A stretch of DNA of 64,000 nt from Candidatus Hodarchaeota archaeon (GCA_029856365.1 JAHQWW010000007.1:10863-74862), one strand, 5' to 3'; positions 49,697 through 60,637 are shown, numbered from the stretch's first letter. Notes: generated by a model from the sequence alone, not told the origin. Numbers and translations: made by a program.

Positions 49697-51070
49697 TTGA
49701 ATACTAATGCTGATTCAATAAGTTTTCAGACTATTATCGAGTCAGCAGCAATCATAATAACGTATTATGAAGAGAATCAAGTTTCCTTAAGAAGTGCTAT
49801 GAAGATCATTCCAACATTTTTAGAGTCTGTTACTCCAGAAACTTATTCACAAATCCATGCTCTAGTATTTGAAACCGTAAGACATCAGAATGTTCTCAAT
49901 CGGATTATTCATCTCAATTTTCAGAGATTTCTTGCAGATAAAATCCCGAAAAAACTACATAATCTTTTACGGGTTTTAACATATCTTTTGACTATGTCCT
50001 CGGATGTTGAGAACGACCATCTCTTAGAAATAGCTCATTTAATCACTCTTAATTCAATTGATGACCCCAACTTGGTTCATTTACTTAGAAATTATGTTGA
50101 AGATTTGAGGAATTGGGATTTAAGTTCATTTATTAAAACAATTGATGACCCTGCAGAGAAACTAGCAGTTCAATTTTTCCATCCCACATGGTTAATTCGT
50201 GATTGGATTAATTATTATGGTTTAGAAACGACTAAAAGAATTTTAGAATCGAATAATCTTATTAAACCAGTTTATTTACGACTTGATCTAATGAATCATG
50301 ATAAGATGGATATTATTGAACAATTGAGAGAGGAGGAAGTGGAAATCGAACAAGATAAACACCTTTTTGATGTTGTGAAAGTCTTATCATGGAAAATCCC
50401 TGTTCCTCGACTTCCTTCCTTCGTTAAAGGACTTTATTATATTCAGGATAAAGGATCAGCACTTATTTCTCATATATTAGATCCTCAGAATGGAGAGGTG
50501 GTATTAGATGCTTGTGCAGCCCCTGGTGGGAAAACTCTTCACATTGCAGCGTTACAACAGGATTCAGGAACCATTATTGCTCTAGATAACCATTTTCGAA
50601 GATTAACTGAAATGGTAACAAAGGTTAACACTTTTAAGATGAAAAGTATTTCACCAATTTTATATGATCTCCGATTGGGGCTGAAATTTCGAATAAAATT
50701 TGATAAAATCTTAGTAGATGCCCCCTGTTCTGGATCAGGTACCTTTGCATCCCGACCCGATGCTAAATGGCGTGTTGATCGTCACCAGACCAAATGGTTG
50801 AGTCAATTGCAATATTCTCTACTATCGAACGCTTCTATCGTGCTTAGAAACACTCCAACTGCATCATTGGTTTATGCAACTTGTTCTCTTCATCCTATTG
50901 AAAATGAAGGAGTTGTAAAACAATTCCTAGAAAATCATCCAGACTTTGTACTACAACCTCAAAAGATCTTTATCGGAACATCTAGCCCAGAATTCCCGTT
51001 AGCGCAACGTCTCTTCCCGCACTTGACTCAAACGGAAGGTTTTTCCATATTTAAACTTGGATGGAATTAG
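49697..51070 (+). CDS. RsmB/NOP2/Sun family RNA m5C methyltransferase
   Basis: LDACAAPGGKT, FDKILVDAPCSGSG and LVYATCSL...ENE. Confidence 0.93.
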   Translation: MNTNADSISFQTIIESAAIIITYYEENQVSLRSAMKIIPTFLESVTPETYSQIHALVFETVRHQNVLNRIIHLNFQRFLADKIPKKLHNLLRVLTYLLTMSSDVENDHLLEIAHLITLNSIDDPNLVHLLRNYVEDLRNWDLSSFIKTIDDPAEKLAVQFFHPTWLIRDWINYYGLETTKRILESNNLIKPVYLRLDLMNHDKMDIIEQLREEEVEIEQDKHLFDVVKVLSWKIPVPRLPSFVKGLYYIQDKGSALISHILDPQNGEVVLDACAAPGGKTLHIAALQQDSGTIIALDNHFRRLTEMVTKVNTFKMKSISPILYDLRLGLKFRIKFDKILVDAPCSGSGTFASRPDAKWRVDRHQTKWLSQLQYSLLSNASIVLRNTPTASLVYATCSLHPIENEGVVKQFLENHPDFVLQPQKIFIGTSSPEFPLAQRLFPHLTQTEGFSIFKLGWN

Positions 51071-53616
51071 CCAAAGAATTCCATTAAATTTACTTGACCA
51101 GTAGAAACCTCGTCAACATCTATATCCAGTGCTCCAAACAGCTGATCAAAAATGGAATCAACCATTGATTTGTACGCTTTCACATCAACCTTTGTTTTAT
51201 CATTCATTAATTCAATAGGAGTCACCCGATCACCTGTTCTCGTTTTAACAAAGCGAATTAATTGGCCTGCTTTGATAAAAGAACTCCGACGCTTCTTATC
51301 ATCATAGTTATGTTGTTTTTGATAATATTTCTCCAGTTGATTTGCTGCTTTCACATGTTGTGCTTTCACTTTGTACCTACTTAACGGTTGTGTAAGTTGC
51401 ATAGTGATCGCTAAATCTTCTCCAGAGTAGAGTTGTTTTTCCAATTTATGATAGATATCTCTGACTAGTTCTTTCACCTCTTTTTTCGCATTTTTAAATT
51501 CCTCCTCTGTATTGACTTGTGATAAAATTATCAAAACACTGTTGAATCCTTCCTGTAAAAATGGAGGAGTATTTCTTTTTTTTCCCATCAGTCCTTTAAC
51601 ATCGATGCTAGAGTCAGGATATACCCCAAAGTAATTCTTTTTGCGTTCTGAGAGAACAACATACCTGTAGAATTTTTCCATCTCCAACCTCACTCCCAAA
51701 TTTTCTTGGCTCCAAGTAATAATCTCATCAATCTGTTCTTTATTGGGTTTATGTAGAAAAACAGAATCAGTGTCACCATAGAGAACCTGAATACCCAAAC
51801 TCTGAGCTTTTTGTATAGTTTTTTTAATTGCATCGCGGCCATATGCTGTTGTGGAGTCAGCGACAGGAAGACAGTACAATGGAAATCTGTCACTGCCTAT
51901 GACCCCGTACGAAGCATTAATTAGTACTTTTAGGCTTCTTTCCAAGATACGTAAAAAATTTTTATGAGGAGTGTCTTTTTTCGACTCGGGTTTGAGCCAG
52001 TAGACACGTACATCTTTAATAAAACCAATAATGTCAGCTACAATTCCACGGTTCTTCTGGCAAACCCAATAATTTGTTTGGGGTACAATATTGTTCTCGC
52101 ATTCTTTATGAGAACAGTAAATTGTTTCGTAACTCAGATTAAAAGTTCCAATGATAGAAGGATAAAGAGAAGCAAAGTCCATGACTGTAACATTGAAATG
52201 AACGCCTGGAACAGGATCGATAACCAAGGCTCCCTTATATTTTTTTCCTTTTATTATAGCCTTCGAACTGGCGTGTGTTCCTTTTATTGAAAGATCTTCT
52301 TGATTTGGGATGAGGTATCCCCTACGACGATGTTCGTAATAAAAAAGACTTCTTACCCAGTTGGATACGCTAGTACGTACCAGATCATCAATCGGTATTC
52401 TAGAAATACGAGCTAAAATGAATATTAAGTTTAAAGGTGTTTTATTATCGAATAATAGAAGGTTTAAAGTAATTTTAGCATCTCGCACGCAATAAGAAAT
52501 TAACTCCCACTCTGATAATTCTGAAATCTCCTTTTTTAATGGGATTTTCCCAATTCCAAACAATGATCGGGTAATTGTGTCAAGAGTTTCCTCTCTATAT
52601 CGATTTCCAAATGCATAGCCTCGAATAGCAACATTATGATAAAATCGATACATGTCTAAATGTAGTGCCTGCTTAAAGTTACAACTTTTATTTCTACGAT
52701 TCCATATGATAGGACTATGAGTACCAATCTTTAGGTGTTTTGCACGTTCGTGAAGATACGGGAAATCAAAGTTGTCTCCATTAAAAGTAACAACAACTGA
52801 ATATTTTCTTAGAATCTCAAAAGCTTGTTTTAGAAGGGATGATTCATTAGTGAATCTTTGAATTTGAACATGAAGGGGCAGCTCTTTAGGTTTATTACCC
52901 TTATCTATGCCCTTACGCTCCAGAACCAAAGCAATTTCGTTGCCATCACTATCAGCGAAACAAATACAAATTATTCGAAATTTTGGGTCTGCAGCTTGAG
53001 GAATCTGTCCCTTTTTATACTCTGTTTCGATATCACAAGCCACTATAGGCATTTCTGGAATTTCTTGTGTAAAATCATCCTGAAAAACCTCGCTTAATCC
53101 CTCATATTTGGCTAAATGCTCGATAATGCTTTGTGGAATGTCCAATCCAGAACTCATACTTTGAGATCGAATAAATCTTTTATGATCAGAATCCCACCAA
53201 TAACGCCTTCCAGGTATAATTTGGACATCATAAATCCAATTTTGATGGTATTTAATCCTAGACTCCCATGTTTCTCCAACAATATCTCTTACCTTAGGAA
53301 CTTCACTGGGGGTGGGAGTCACAATTCGTGTGAGTTCTTCATCTGTCTCATTCAGGATGTCTCTTTTTCTAATAGTGTCGATCCTCTTTACTGTTCCACG
53401 TGGAAACTCAATTTCTTGTATTTTCTGAAGTGGTTCTCGACTAAAGCAATATGGTTCATGATCATAGGTATCAGTAATATATATCACTTTTTTCTTTTCT
53501 ACGTCATATAATTTGATTCCAGCGCCATTTGTTTTCGCATCATACACAGTACTTAAAACAAAATAATCTTTGCCTGCTCCCAGTGCCTCCTTCCAGTACA
53601 CTGAATTTGGCTTCAT
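51067..53616 (-). CDS. polB: Family B DNA polymerase (PolB1-like)
   Basis: Exonuclease DIET, FNGDNFDFPY, YCVRDA; polymerase DFASLYPSII, KVLINASYG, YGDTDS, KKNY; PIP box QVNLMEFF. Confidence 0.96.
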   Translation of the reverse strand: MKPNSVYWKEALGAGKDYFVLSTVYDAKTNGAGIKLYDVEKKKVIYITDTYDHEPYCFSREPLQKIQEIEFPRGTVKRIDTIRKRDILNETDEELTRIVTPTPSEVPKVRDIVGETWESRIKYHQNWIYDVQIIPGRRYWWDSDHKRFIRSQSMSSGLDIPQSIIEHLAKYEGLSEVFQDDFTQEIPEMPIVACDIETEYKKGQIPQAADPKFRIICICFADSDGNEIALVLERKGIDKGNKPKELPLHVQIQRFTNESSLLKQAFEILRKYSVVVTFNGDNFDFPYLHERAKHLKIGTHSPIIWNRRNKSCNFKQALHLDMYRFYHNVAIRGYAFGNRYREETLDTITRSLFGIGKIPLKKEISELSEWELISYCVRDAKITLNLLLFDNKTPLNLIFILARISRIPIDDLVRTSVSNWVRSLFYYEHRRRGYLIPNQEDLSIKGTHASSKAIIKGKKYKGALVIDPVPGVHFNVTVMDFASLYPSIIGTFNLSYETIYCSHKECENNIVPQTNYWVCQKNRGIVADIIGFIKDVRVYWLKPESKKDTPHKNFLRILERSLKVLINASYGVIGSDRFPLYCLPVADSTTAYGRDAIKKTIQKAQSLGIQVLYGDTDSVFLHKPNKEQIDEIITWSQENLGVRLEMEKFYRYVVLSERKKNYFGVYPDSSIDVKGLMGKKRNTPPFLQEGFNSVLIILSQVNTEEEFKNAKKEVKELVRDIYHKLEKQLYSGEDLAITMQLTQPLSRYKVKAQHVKAANQLEKYYQKQHNYDDKKRRSSFIKAGQLIRFVKTRTGDRVTPIELMNDKTKVDVKAYKSMVDSIFDQLFGALDIDVDEVSTGQVNLMEFFG

Positions 53617-53764
53617 TTCTTAGATCTCTATGGATTGAATAAGATACGAAAATTGAATAAATGATAAAAAGGTTTCATGTATAATATAGTTAAAGTCATA
53701 TAATAATAACCCGAAAGTACAGATGTTTAATGGATTCAATAAGTATTCTTCACATGTGATTTAA

Positions 53765-54112
53765 ATGGCAACTATTGAAGCAATAAATAATAATGCTAAA
53801 AAAATTGAAACCCTAACAAAAGTGGCGAGGTTACTTGGAGATCAAATTAAAGAACAAAATCAAAAAATAGACAATCTTCAGGAAGAGATTATCAAATTAA
53901 AAGAACAAATAAAGCAATCATCCAGTCCGAGAACATCCGTAATTCCAGACAAAAAAGCTGATGTAGTTGCTTCTTCTGCCCCACAACAACCGCTTTTACA
54001 AAAGCCAGAAGCAATTGAATTGATAAAGGAAAAACCAACGAGTATTCTTGTAGCAACGGACTCCGATAAACAGGAATTGTTACGAGCCTTAAAGGTAATA
54101 GATGATTTATAA
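53765..54112 (+). CDS. Coiled-coil protein with flexible linker and C-terminal helix
   Basis: N-terminal heptads, a Pro/Ser linker and DKQELLRALKVIDDL. Confidence 0.65.
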   Translation: MATIEAINNNAKKIETLTKVARLLGDQIKEQNQKIDNLQEEIIKLKEQIKQSSSPRTSVIPDKKADVVASSAPQQPLLQKPEAIELIKEKPTSILVATDSDKQELLRALKVIDDL

Positions 54113-54137
54113 GATTTATAAGGAGATGAGTAATTAA

Positions 54138-55820
54138 TTAATTTAAAACATTTCGAACCAATTGTCGAATTTTTAATGGTACTAAGCTTTTGTTACCTAA
54201 AAGAGTCGTGATATAACTGCCAATAAGATCTGATTGTTGCCATTGATCTATCTGATAGAGTTCTTCTCCCTCTGGTGAAATTTCAACTTTCAATATATTC
54301 CGATCCACATAATCATTTAAGCGTCTTTGAAGATCTATACGCTTTTCTGCGGGTATTCCTAAGATGTCATGTATCTGTTCTTTTGTTAAAGCTTGATTTG
54401 ATCCTAAAATGAACAAAATCCAATTGTCTGGATGAGCTAGAAATGTTTTAACTAGCTGACGAATATCTATATCGATATCTATAGAGGGTTGACCCTCTGA
54501 TTTCATAGTAATTTCTTGAGTAACTTTATAGCTTAATTCCTTACTAGGAGGAGATGGGATTTGACTAATCATTGCCAATCGTTCTTTCAATAGATCAACA
54601 TCATGGCGTAATTGAGTAAAATCATCAGTCATGAGGGATTCTGATGTATTTTCATAAAGTAGAGACTCTCCAGGAGTTATCGCGCCACTTTCCCTAAGTA
54701 TTCGTTTAAGTTCTTCATTCTCGTTCTTTGTTTGACCTAAAATCCGTTCAAACTCTACTAATTTCTCAGTCAAATCTTCTGCAAGTCGTTCGTCCATTCC
54801 ACGAGACCAGGTGAGCTTTTCATTAATTCTTTGAGTCGCTCCTCTAAGATTGCCCTCCAAATCATCTTTAATGTTTTCTAGTTCTTTGATCCGAGCCTCT
54901 TGATTGTGAATTTTCCTTTTTAAACGTGAGACGAGAGAAGGAGTGCTTAAGATCACTTCATTATCAGCTATGTTTGGAATACGATATACTGGAATGAAAT
55001 TGTTGTTGTCAATAATTGATCCTGTTTCATACTGTACTCCTATTTTATCAAGAAGTTTGACAAGTTCTCGAGTTTCATCATTATAACGAAACATGAAAAG
55101 GTCCTCTCGGTCACCTGTATAGCGATAGATTCTCGAAAACTGAAGCCATATCGTCACAAAATCTAATATATCCTGTTCATTCGTACATTTGGCAACAGAA
55201 CGAATGATTTGGGGAACACTAGCTTTATATTCCCCTGTGAATGCTTTAACTAATGCTGAACAAATCTGTACAGGAATCTTGATATAGTATCCTCGTAGAT
55301 TTTGAGGAATTTCTCCTTCTGAACATAAACGGACATCAAATATTGAATCAAAGGTTTCAATAAGACTTTCTACCTTATCCCTCTGATCTGTCTGATACGT
55401 TCCAGTAGTAAATACGTTTTTGGATAAAGTAAATAATGCCAATAATTTTGCCAGAGAATTATTACTAGTTCTTATTGGGAGCTTTATAGGAAGCTGATTC
55501 TTTTTATTTCCAATTGTCGTTACAGTAAAAGAAGTCATGAATAACTCGCGCTGATTTTCAGCCAAAAGACGTATTGTCGAAAGAGGAATAGACATCTCTG
55601 GATTTGAACGATAACGAGACCATTGTGCACGACTAACAACAGGTTCTAGGCTTTTTAAAACCACTCCCTTTTGAAAAATGAATCTACGACCTCGTGGAGT
55701 TAAATTCACTCTTGAATCATCAGGAAAATCGGTTAACGTTAACCATTCTTCTATTTCATAGTCCATATCTAGTCTAGATCGTTCTTTCTGAATAGATTCG
55801 TGCAAATCCGCCTTTTCCAT
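54138..55820 (-). CDS. Degenerate LAGLIDADG-like domain + coiled coil + C-terminal winged-helix protein
   Basis: IKLP...SLAKLLALF, FDSIFD, VPQII...EQDILDFV and ELVKLLDKIGV follow LAGLIDADG spacing without DG/EG. Coiled coil at aa ~295-420, then ALTKEQIHDILG...LQRRLNDYVDRNIL wHTH. Confidence 0.55.
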   Translation of the reverse strand: MEKADLHESIQKERSRLDMDYEIEEWLTLTDFPDDSRVNLTPRGRRFIFQKGVVLKSLEPVVSRAQWSRYRSNPEMSIPLSTIRLLAENQRELFMTSFTVTTIGNKKNQLPIKLPIRTSNNSLAKLLALFTLSKNVFTTGTYQTDQRDKVESLIETFDSIFDVRLCSEGEIPQNLRGYYIKIPVQICSALVKAFTGEYKASVPQIIRSVAKCTNEQDILDFVTIWLQFSRIYRYTGDREDLFMFRYNDETRELVKLLDKIGVQYETGSIIDNNNFIPVYRIPNIADNEVILSTPSLVSRLKRKIHNQEARIKELENIKDDLEGNLRGATQRINEKLTWSRGMDERLAEDLTEKLVEFERILGQTKNENEELKRILRESGAITPGESLLYENTSESLMTDDFTQLRHDVDLLKERLAMISQIPSPPSKELSYKVTQEITMKSEGQPSIDIDIDIRQLVKTFLAHPDNWILFILGSNQALTKEQIHDILGIPAEKRIDLQRRLNDYVDRNILKVEISPEGEELYQIDQWQQSDLIGSYITTLLGNKSLVPLKIRQLVRNVLN

Positions 55821-56079
55821 GGCGTAAACTCCATATTATTATTTCATGTTTATGATGACAAAGTTAAATTTATTCTACCTCAAGCAAATAAATTTCTACT
55901 TATATATTCCCCTTATCCATTCATGAATCTTTCTCTTTGACTGAAGTAATTTTCTTTTGGAGAATGCCCTAAAAAGGATATATAACCATTTTATCTAAAC
56001 ATTCGGAGTTTTTTGGTACAAAGTTCTACCATAATCATTCAATCAGCAGTTAGAGGAGTTATGATTAGAACTTAAAACT

Positions 56080-56970
56080 TCATTCGTTAATTGTTGAAGA
56101 ATCCCCTGCTGAAGATTCAAGATGTTTTCTTTTCAAATAAGGCATTAACATAAATTGGTAAAATAAGTAAGCACAACCTAGAATGACCACAATAATAATG
56201 AGTAATACATTAAATTGAGTCGATCCAGCATCAATAAAGGCTTGCATTGCAATTGGATCATCTATAATATCTTCCACGCTACCATCACCCTGAATCAATA
56301 GAGATCCTAACCATGCATAAAACACACACCGAATAATTGAGCCAATTAAAGTAGCAATACAGTATGATCTGAACTCAATTTTAAGAAATCCTGAAGCATA
56401 GGAAATGGGATCAAAGGCCATAAAAGGAAATGCTCTTGCTACAAGAATAGCTACTGCTCCATATTTTCCAATGTAAAAATCGAGAACAGCAAGATTTTCT
56501 TGGCCAAGAAATCTTTCCATCATTGGTCTTCCTCCAAGAACAGCAATATAATAGGTTAAAATTCCAGCTGCCATTGAGCCAACAATCCCAAGGATTGTAC
56601 CCCCTATTAGGCCCCAGATGAGACCTGAAGATAAAAGAACAAGTTCCGATGGAATAGGTACTAATATACCTTGAATACCCATGAATAAAATAAAGATTAA
56701 CCAACCCCATTCTTTTAAATCAATTATAGGTACAATAAACCAATGAATAACCATTGAGAATAACCAAGTGTCATCTTGATATTGAAGTATCAAGATTATA
56801 ACACTAATAATGAGGATAATTATGAAGAGAGTCATCCAAACCCAAGTAGATCTACTATGACCACTAAAAGTTCGCTTAATAGCTTCAAGTAACCAATTTA
56901 ACAGTTTTCTTGCAAGACTGTAAGTCCTTGTTTTTTCTCCCTCGGATATATTTGATTCATTACGATCCAT
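56080..56970 (-). CDS. DedA/TVP38/TMEM64 (VTT domain) membrane protein
   Basis: PIPSELV..SG..WG...G, ARAFPF..FD.ISY.SG and AT.IG. Confidence 0.9.
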   Translation of the reverse strand: MDRNESNISEGEKTRTYSLARKLLNWLLEAIKRTFSGHSRSTWVWMTLFIIILIISVIILILQYQDDTWLFSMVIHWFIVPIIDLKEWGWLIFILFMGIQGILVPIPSELVLLSSGLIWGLIGGTILGIVGSMAAGILTYYIAVLGGRPMMERFLGQENLAVLDFYIGKYGAVAILVARAFPFMAFDPISYASGFLKIEFRSYCIATLIGSIIRCVFYAWLGSLLIQGDGSVEDIIDDPIAMQAFIDAGSTQFNVLLIIIVVILGCAYLFYQFMLMPYLKRKHLESSAGDSSTINE

Positions 56971-57041
56971 ATCCTAGACATTTCCTATTGAAAATAGATG
57001 ATCATCGGCTTTATAATGAGCTTTTATGAAAAAATAGTGGA

Positions 57042-57422
57042 TTATGCTATCAAAACTGCATCAACGGTTCCATTTTGTCCAGGGCGACTTGTTACCCTCG
57101 CATTCCCCTTTTTTGTTCGAATTATTGCTCCTTTTGTAATAATCTTTCTCCGCGCGAAATCCCTGTTTGCTAGATTCTCAAGTACATCTTCAATTTCTAC
57201 TTTTTCTGTAGTTCGCTTCTTTATGGAGGATATATTGGCATATTGACAGCTTAACAATCTAATTTTTCGATTCCCTCCTCGAGTTCGTACAATTTTTTTT
57301 CGTTTTTCACCAAGCATTGTATGTGCGGCTGGTCGTGCTAAATCTCGTTTCTTCTTTTTAATAGCAACATGATATCGGCCGCCACTAGGTTTCCGTACAG
57401 ATCTCTTCTGTGATCTTGCCAA
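57042..57422 (-). CDS. rps8e: 30S ribosomal protein eS8
   Basis: [34 protein letters not shown]. Confidence 0.97.
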   Translation of the reverse strand: MARSQKRSVRKPSGGRYHVAIKKKKRDLARPAAHTMLGEKRKKIVRTRGGNRKIRLLSCQYANISSIKKRTTEKVEIEDVLENLANRDFARRKIITKGAIIRTKKGNARVTSRPGQNGTVDAVLIA

Positions 57423-57470
57423 CGAATAGCTCTCCTCAAATGTTATGCCAATAAATTTTGATTTTAAATA

Positions 57471-57785
57471 TCAGCTTCTATTTCTCTTTTGTTTTCTAAC
57501 TCTTTTCTTTTTCTTCTTTTTTTCTCGTTGAGATCGTTCCTCTGTGAAAATATTGTCATCATACTGAACCATGTTAAACGAGCTTGGGGAGGCTGAAATT
57601 ACAATCCATGGATTTCGGGTTGATCCAATAACCTCGATAACCTCTCCGATTGCCTTAAAGTGTCCATTTCTTCTTATTTTTGCACGGGATCCGATTTTAG
57701 GAAGATTTTTAACTGTTAATTTCACAATTATCTTTCCTTGAACTTTTTTTGAACATTTTCCTACTTTAATCGGTGTTTGTGTCAC
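57471..57785 (-). CDS. gar1: H/ACA RNP protein Gar1
   Basis: PKIGS......IG.V.EVIG....PW... and a basic tail. Confidence 0.75.
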   Translation of the reverse strand: MTQTPIKVGKCSKKVQGKIIVKLTVKNLPKIGSRAKIRRNGHFKAIGEVIEVIGSTRNPWIVISASPSSFNMVQYDDNIFTEERSQREKKKKKKRVRKQKRNRS

Positions 57786-57934
57786 AAATAAACCCGTTTT
57801 ATTTTGATTTGTTTTCTGATTAATCCTTTTTTCATAAAAATTAACAATTGGGAATACAATTATGTCTAGATTTAAATTTTAGTACATGATCTAGAATCCC
57901 TACATCATGAATAAAAAGTCAGAGTTGTAAAAAT

Positions 57935-59158
57935 ATGGCTGTTTATGATGTTCTTATTGTAGGAGGGGGTCCTACAGGGTTATCAGCAGCAACCACAACA
58001 GCCAAACAGGGCTTATCTACGATTTTAATTGAAGAACACACCAAAATAGGCCAACCACTAGCATGTGGAGAGGGAATATCAGCTGATAAACTCTTCTCGC
58101 TAGAAAATATGCCGAAAATAAATTCTCAAACTAATGATCAGATTTTACGTCTCCAGCAACATGAATCTTTTATTGAAAGAGTAGTTAATACTCAACGCTT
58201 CTTTTTTGGATCGAAAGGAGTCGCCACAGCAAACATAAAAACTATTACCATTAATCGTCCTCTATTCGATCAAATTATGGCTAAACAAGCTCATAATGCA
58301 GGAGTAGAACTACTTTTAGGAACTCAAGTAATTGCAATCAACCCGAAGAACGGGAGATTAGAGATTAAAACTACAAATGGAAGTTACGAGGCAAATATTG
58401 CCATCGGATGTGACGGGCCGTCTGCTCACACTGTTCGTATGATGGGACTGCAGCCTCCGACGGAATATGTTCAAGGTGTGGAATATAAGATTCAAGGAGT
58501 CCACACAGATGCTTTAGATTTTTATTTTGATTTCAATCATTTTAAAAAAATGCATTATGGCTGGTCTTTCCCAAAAAAGAAACATACAAATGTGGGGGTT
58601 GTAGTTGAACCAGCGTCTAAACCAATGAAAATCTTGAATCAATTCATCAAACATTTAAGGTACATGGACATTAAAGATGAAGAGATAATCCAAAAGATTG
58701 CTGGAATCATACCTGCTAGTGGCCCCATTCCCAAGAGATACAGTAATAATTATATGGTTGCAGGAGATGCGGCAGGTTTGACGAACTCTATTTTCTATGG
58801 AGGGATTTCGATAGGAATTCACTCGGGTATGCTTGCTGGACAAACTGCAGTCGAAGCTCATGAAATTGGTAAATTTGATGAACAACAAATGAGTGAATAT
58901 CAAAAGAACTCTCAATCATATCCCTATATGGATCCGATCATTCAACAAGCTCATGAGATTTTGTATAACAAGTTTTCTGCAGATGACATCGAAACATTTG
59001 GCTCATGGATTGATGGTTGGGATATTACTACTCTTAGTATGTTTCAAAAGTTACGATTATTTTTAAAATCTCTTATTTCCCCTTCAATGTTGAAAAAATT
59101 CAGTGAAGCACGAATTATCGCTCATGGATTTAGTAAAAGCAGAGATTGGGGTTTTTGA
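57935..59158 (+). CDS. Geranylgeranyl reductase family flavoprotein
   Basis: YDVLIVGGGPTG, CGEG, R..FD, YGWSFPK, NVG and AGDAAG......GGI. Confidence 0.88.
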   Translation: MAVYDVLIVGGGPTGLSAATTTAKQGLSTILIEEHTKIGQPLACGEGISADKLFSLENMPKINSQTNDQILRLQQHESFIERVVNTQRFFFGSKGVATANIKTITINRPLFDQIMAKQAHNAGVELLLGTQVIAINPKNGRLEIKTTNGSYEANIAIGCDGPSAHTVRMMGLQPPTEYVQGVEYKIQGVHTDALDFYFDFNHFKKMHYGWSFPKKKHTNVGVVVEPASKPMKILNQFIKHLRYMDIKDEEIIQKIAGIIPASGPIPKRYSNNYMVAGDAAGLTNSIFYGGISIGIHSGMLAGQTAVEAHEIGKFDEQQMSEYQKNSQSYPYMDPIIQQAHEILYNKFSADDIETFGSWIDGWDITTLSMFQKLRLFLKSLISPSMLKKFSEARIIAHGFSKSRDWGF

Positions 59159-59308
59159 GTAGAGTATTATTGATTTTTAGGAGATTACTTGTGTTCGAAC
59201 AGTTATTATTGTTTAGGTAAGGATTTAAGAAGAGAACATAAATGCAGAGTTCTACGTCAGAGCTTGATTGTACTTCCTATTGGCCATAAATACAAAGGAA
59301 ACAACTCT

Positions 59309-59455
59309 ATGAAAAGCAACGCAAAAGCATTTATAACGTTTAGTTTGGGCATAATCCTATTAGCCATTGCCATTTCGACAAATCAATTCGAATTGATTCA
59401 AGAAATTATTGAAGAGATTACAAAAAGCGCGACAGCGGGAATTCCTATACCTTAG
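59309..59455 (+). CDS. Small single-TM protein upstream of a polyferredoxin
   Basis: MKSNAKAFITFSLGIILLAIAISTNQ...GIPIP, 9 nt upstream of the next gene. Confidence 0.55.
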   Translation: MKSNAKAFITFSLGIILLAIAISTNQFELIQEIIEEITKSATAGIPIP

Positions 59456-59464
59456 GCGATTTAA

Positions 59465-60376
59465 ATGGCGTGGCATAAGAAACCAAAGACTAATCTAACT
59501 AAACTCCGCTTATTACGAACTTTCGTCCAGTTTGTAATGTTCATATTAATGAACCTCACTTTTTTCCTTATTGGTGCAACATGGTTAGTATTACCTGTAA
59601 ATATGCCCCGTTCAATCTTTTCAAGCTCTGAAGGGGCCTTTTTTCTCTTACAACGCATGTTATCGATGGCTATTGTTCCTTTAATTCCCCTCACTACATT
59701 TTTTCTCTTTGGTGCCATTCTTGGTAGATTTTTTTGTGCGTGGGCCTGTCCTTTTGGTTTGTTCCAGGATATTTTAGGATACGTCACTTCTTGGATCAGA
59801 AAATACGAACCTACACAAGAAACAAACCTCAATTCTCGACAATTTGGTGAATTTATAACAGGAGCAACATTACTCTTTTCAACCTTCATCGGGATTAATG
59901 TAGCATTAGGTGAGAAAGCAGCTGTTGAAACTGCTTTTGATGTGTTTGTTGAACAACCATGGGCGGTCCTGAGTCCGTCAGCGTTTCTGTTCATAGCTAT
60001 ACCATTATTGTTTTGGTGGGGAGGAATAGAAAATTTCTTCATTTGGGATAAATTTGTGGTAATTGATATAATCTTTTGGTTTCGCCTTTTTATCTTTGTT
60101 TTTGCCTTTATCCTAGTTATCTATATCCCTCGGGGATGGTGTCGCTGGTTCTGTCCAATAGGGATAATTATGGGTCACTTGGGAAAAAATTCATTATTAG
60201 GAGTTGGACGTAATATATCGAAATGTAACCACTGTGGGCTTTGCGAAGATGTTTGTCCAATGGGGGTCAGAATTCTCTCTCATCCTGCAGAAAAAGTAAG
60301 ATCTCCACAGTGTACCAATTGCTTGGATTGTATTGCGGCCTGCCCTGAAGACGCTATGGAGATAAAATTTCTTTAA
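59465..60376 (+). CDS. Membrane-bound 4Fe-4S protein (NapH/MauN/YccM-like)
   Basis: GRFFCAWACPFG, WCRWFCPIG and two CxxCxxCxxxCP motifs. Confidence 0.9.
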   Translation: MAWHKKPKTNLTKLRLLRTFVQFVMFILMNLTFFLIGATWLVLPVNMPRSIFSSSEGAFFLLQRMLSMAIVPLIPLTTFFLFGAILGRFFCAWACPFGLFQDILGYVTSWIRKYEPTQETNLNSRQFGEFITGATLLFSTFIGINVALGEKAAVETAFDVFVEQPWAVLSPSAFLFIAIPLLFWWGGIENFFIWDKFVVIDIIFWFRLFIFVFAFILVIYIPRGWCRWFCPIGIIMGHLGKNSLLGVGRNISKCNHCGLCEDVCPMGVRILSHPAEKVRSPQCTNCLDCIAACPEDAMEIKFL

Positions 60377-60388
60377 AAATTTTAGGAA

Positions 60389-60607
60389 TTAACCCCATCG
60401 CAGTCGTTCGATCTCACGATCTTTTTTCAACTGTTTTTTGATTTTTCGGTAATGTTCAGCACAAAGATGAACTTTTGTTACCTTATCTCGAATACTAAGG
60501 GTAAGATTCGCTTGTTTAATTGCACCACCCGCTTTTTCTCGCGAAACCGTCTTTTTTGTTACGTTTGAGCAGCCTTCAACATCACAGGGCTTTTTTTTTG
60601 TTACCAC
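60389..60607 (-). CDS. Small conserved archaeal Zn-binding protein
   Basis: CDVEGC ... LCAEHY.KIKK..KKDREIERLRW. Confidence 0.7.
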   Translation of the reverse strand: MVTKKKPCDVEGCSNVTKKTVSREKAGGAIKQANLTLSIRDKVTKVHLCAEHYRKIKKQLKKDREIERLRWG

Positions 60608-60637
60608 GGCTTACCTCTCACTTAAATGATGTCTAAA

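Noticed and set aside
54138-55820. Active homing endonuclease or intein (mobile element)
   Set aside because: There are no catalytic acidic motifs or intein splice residues, and it is a free-standing gene with coiled coil and HTH.
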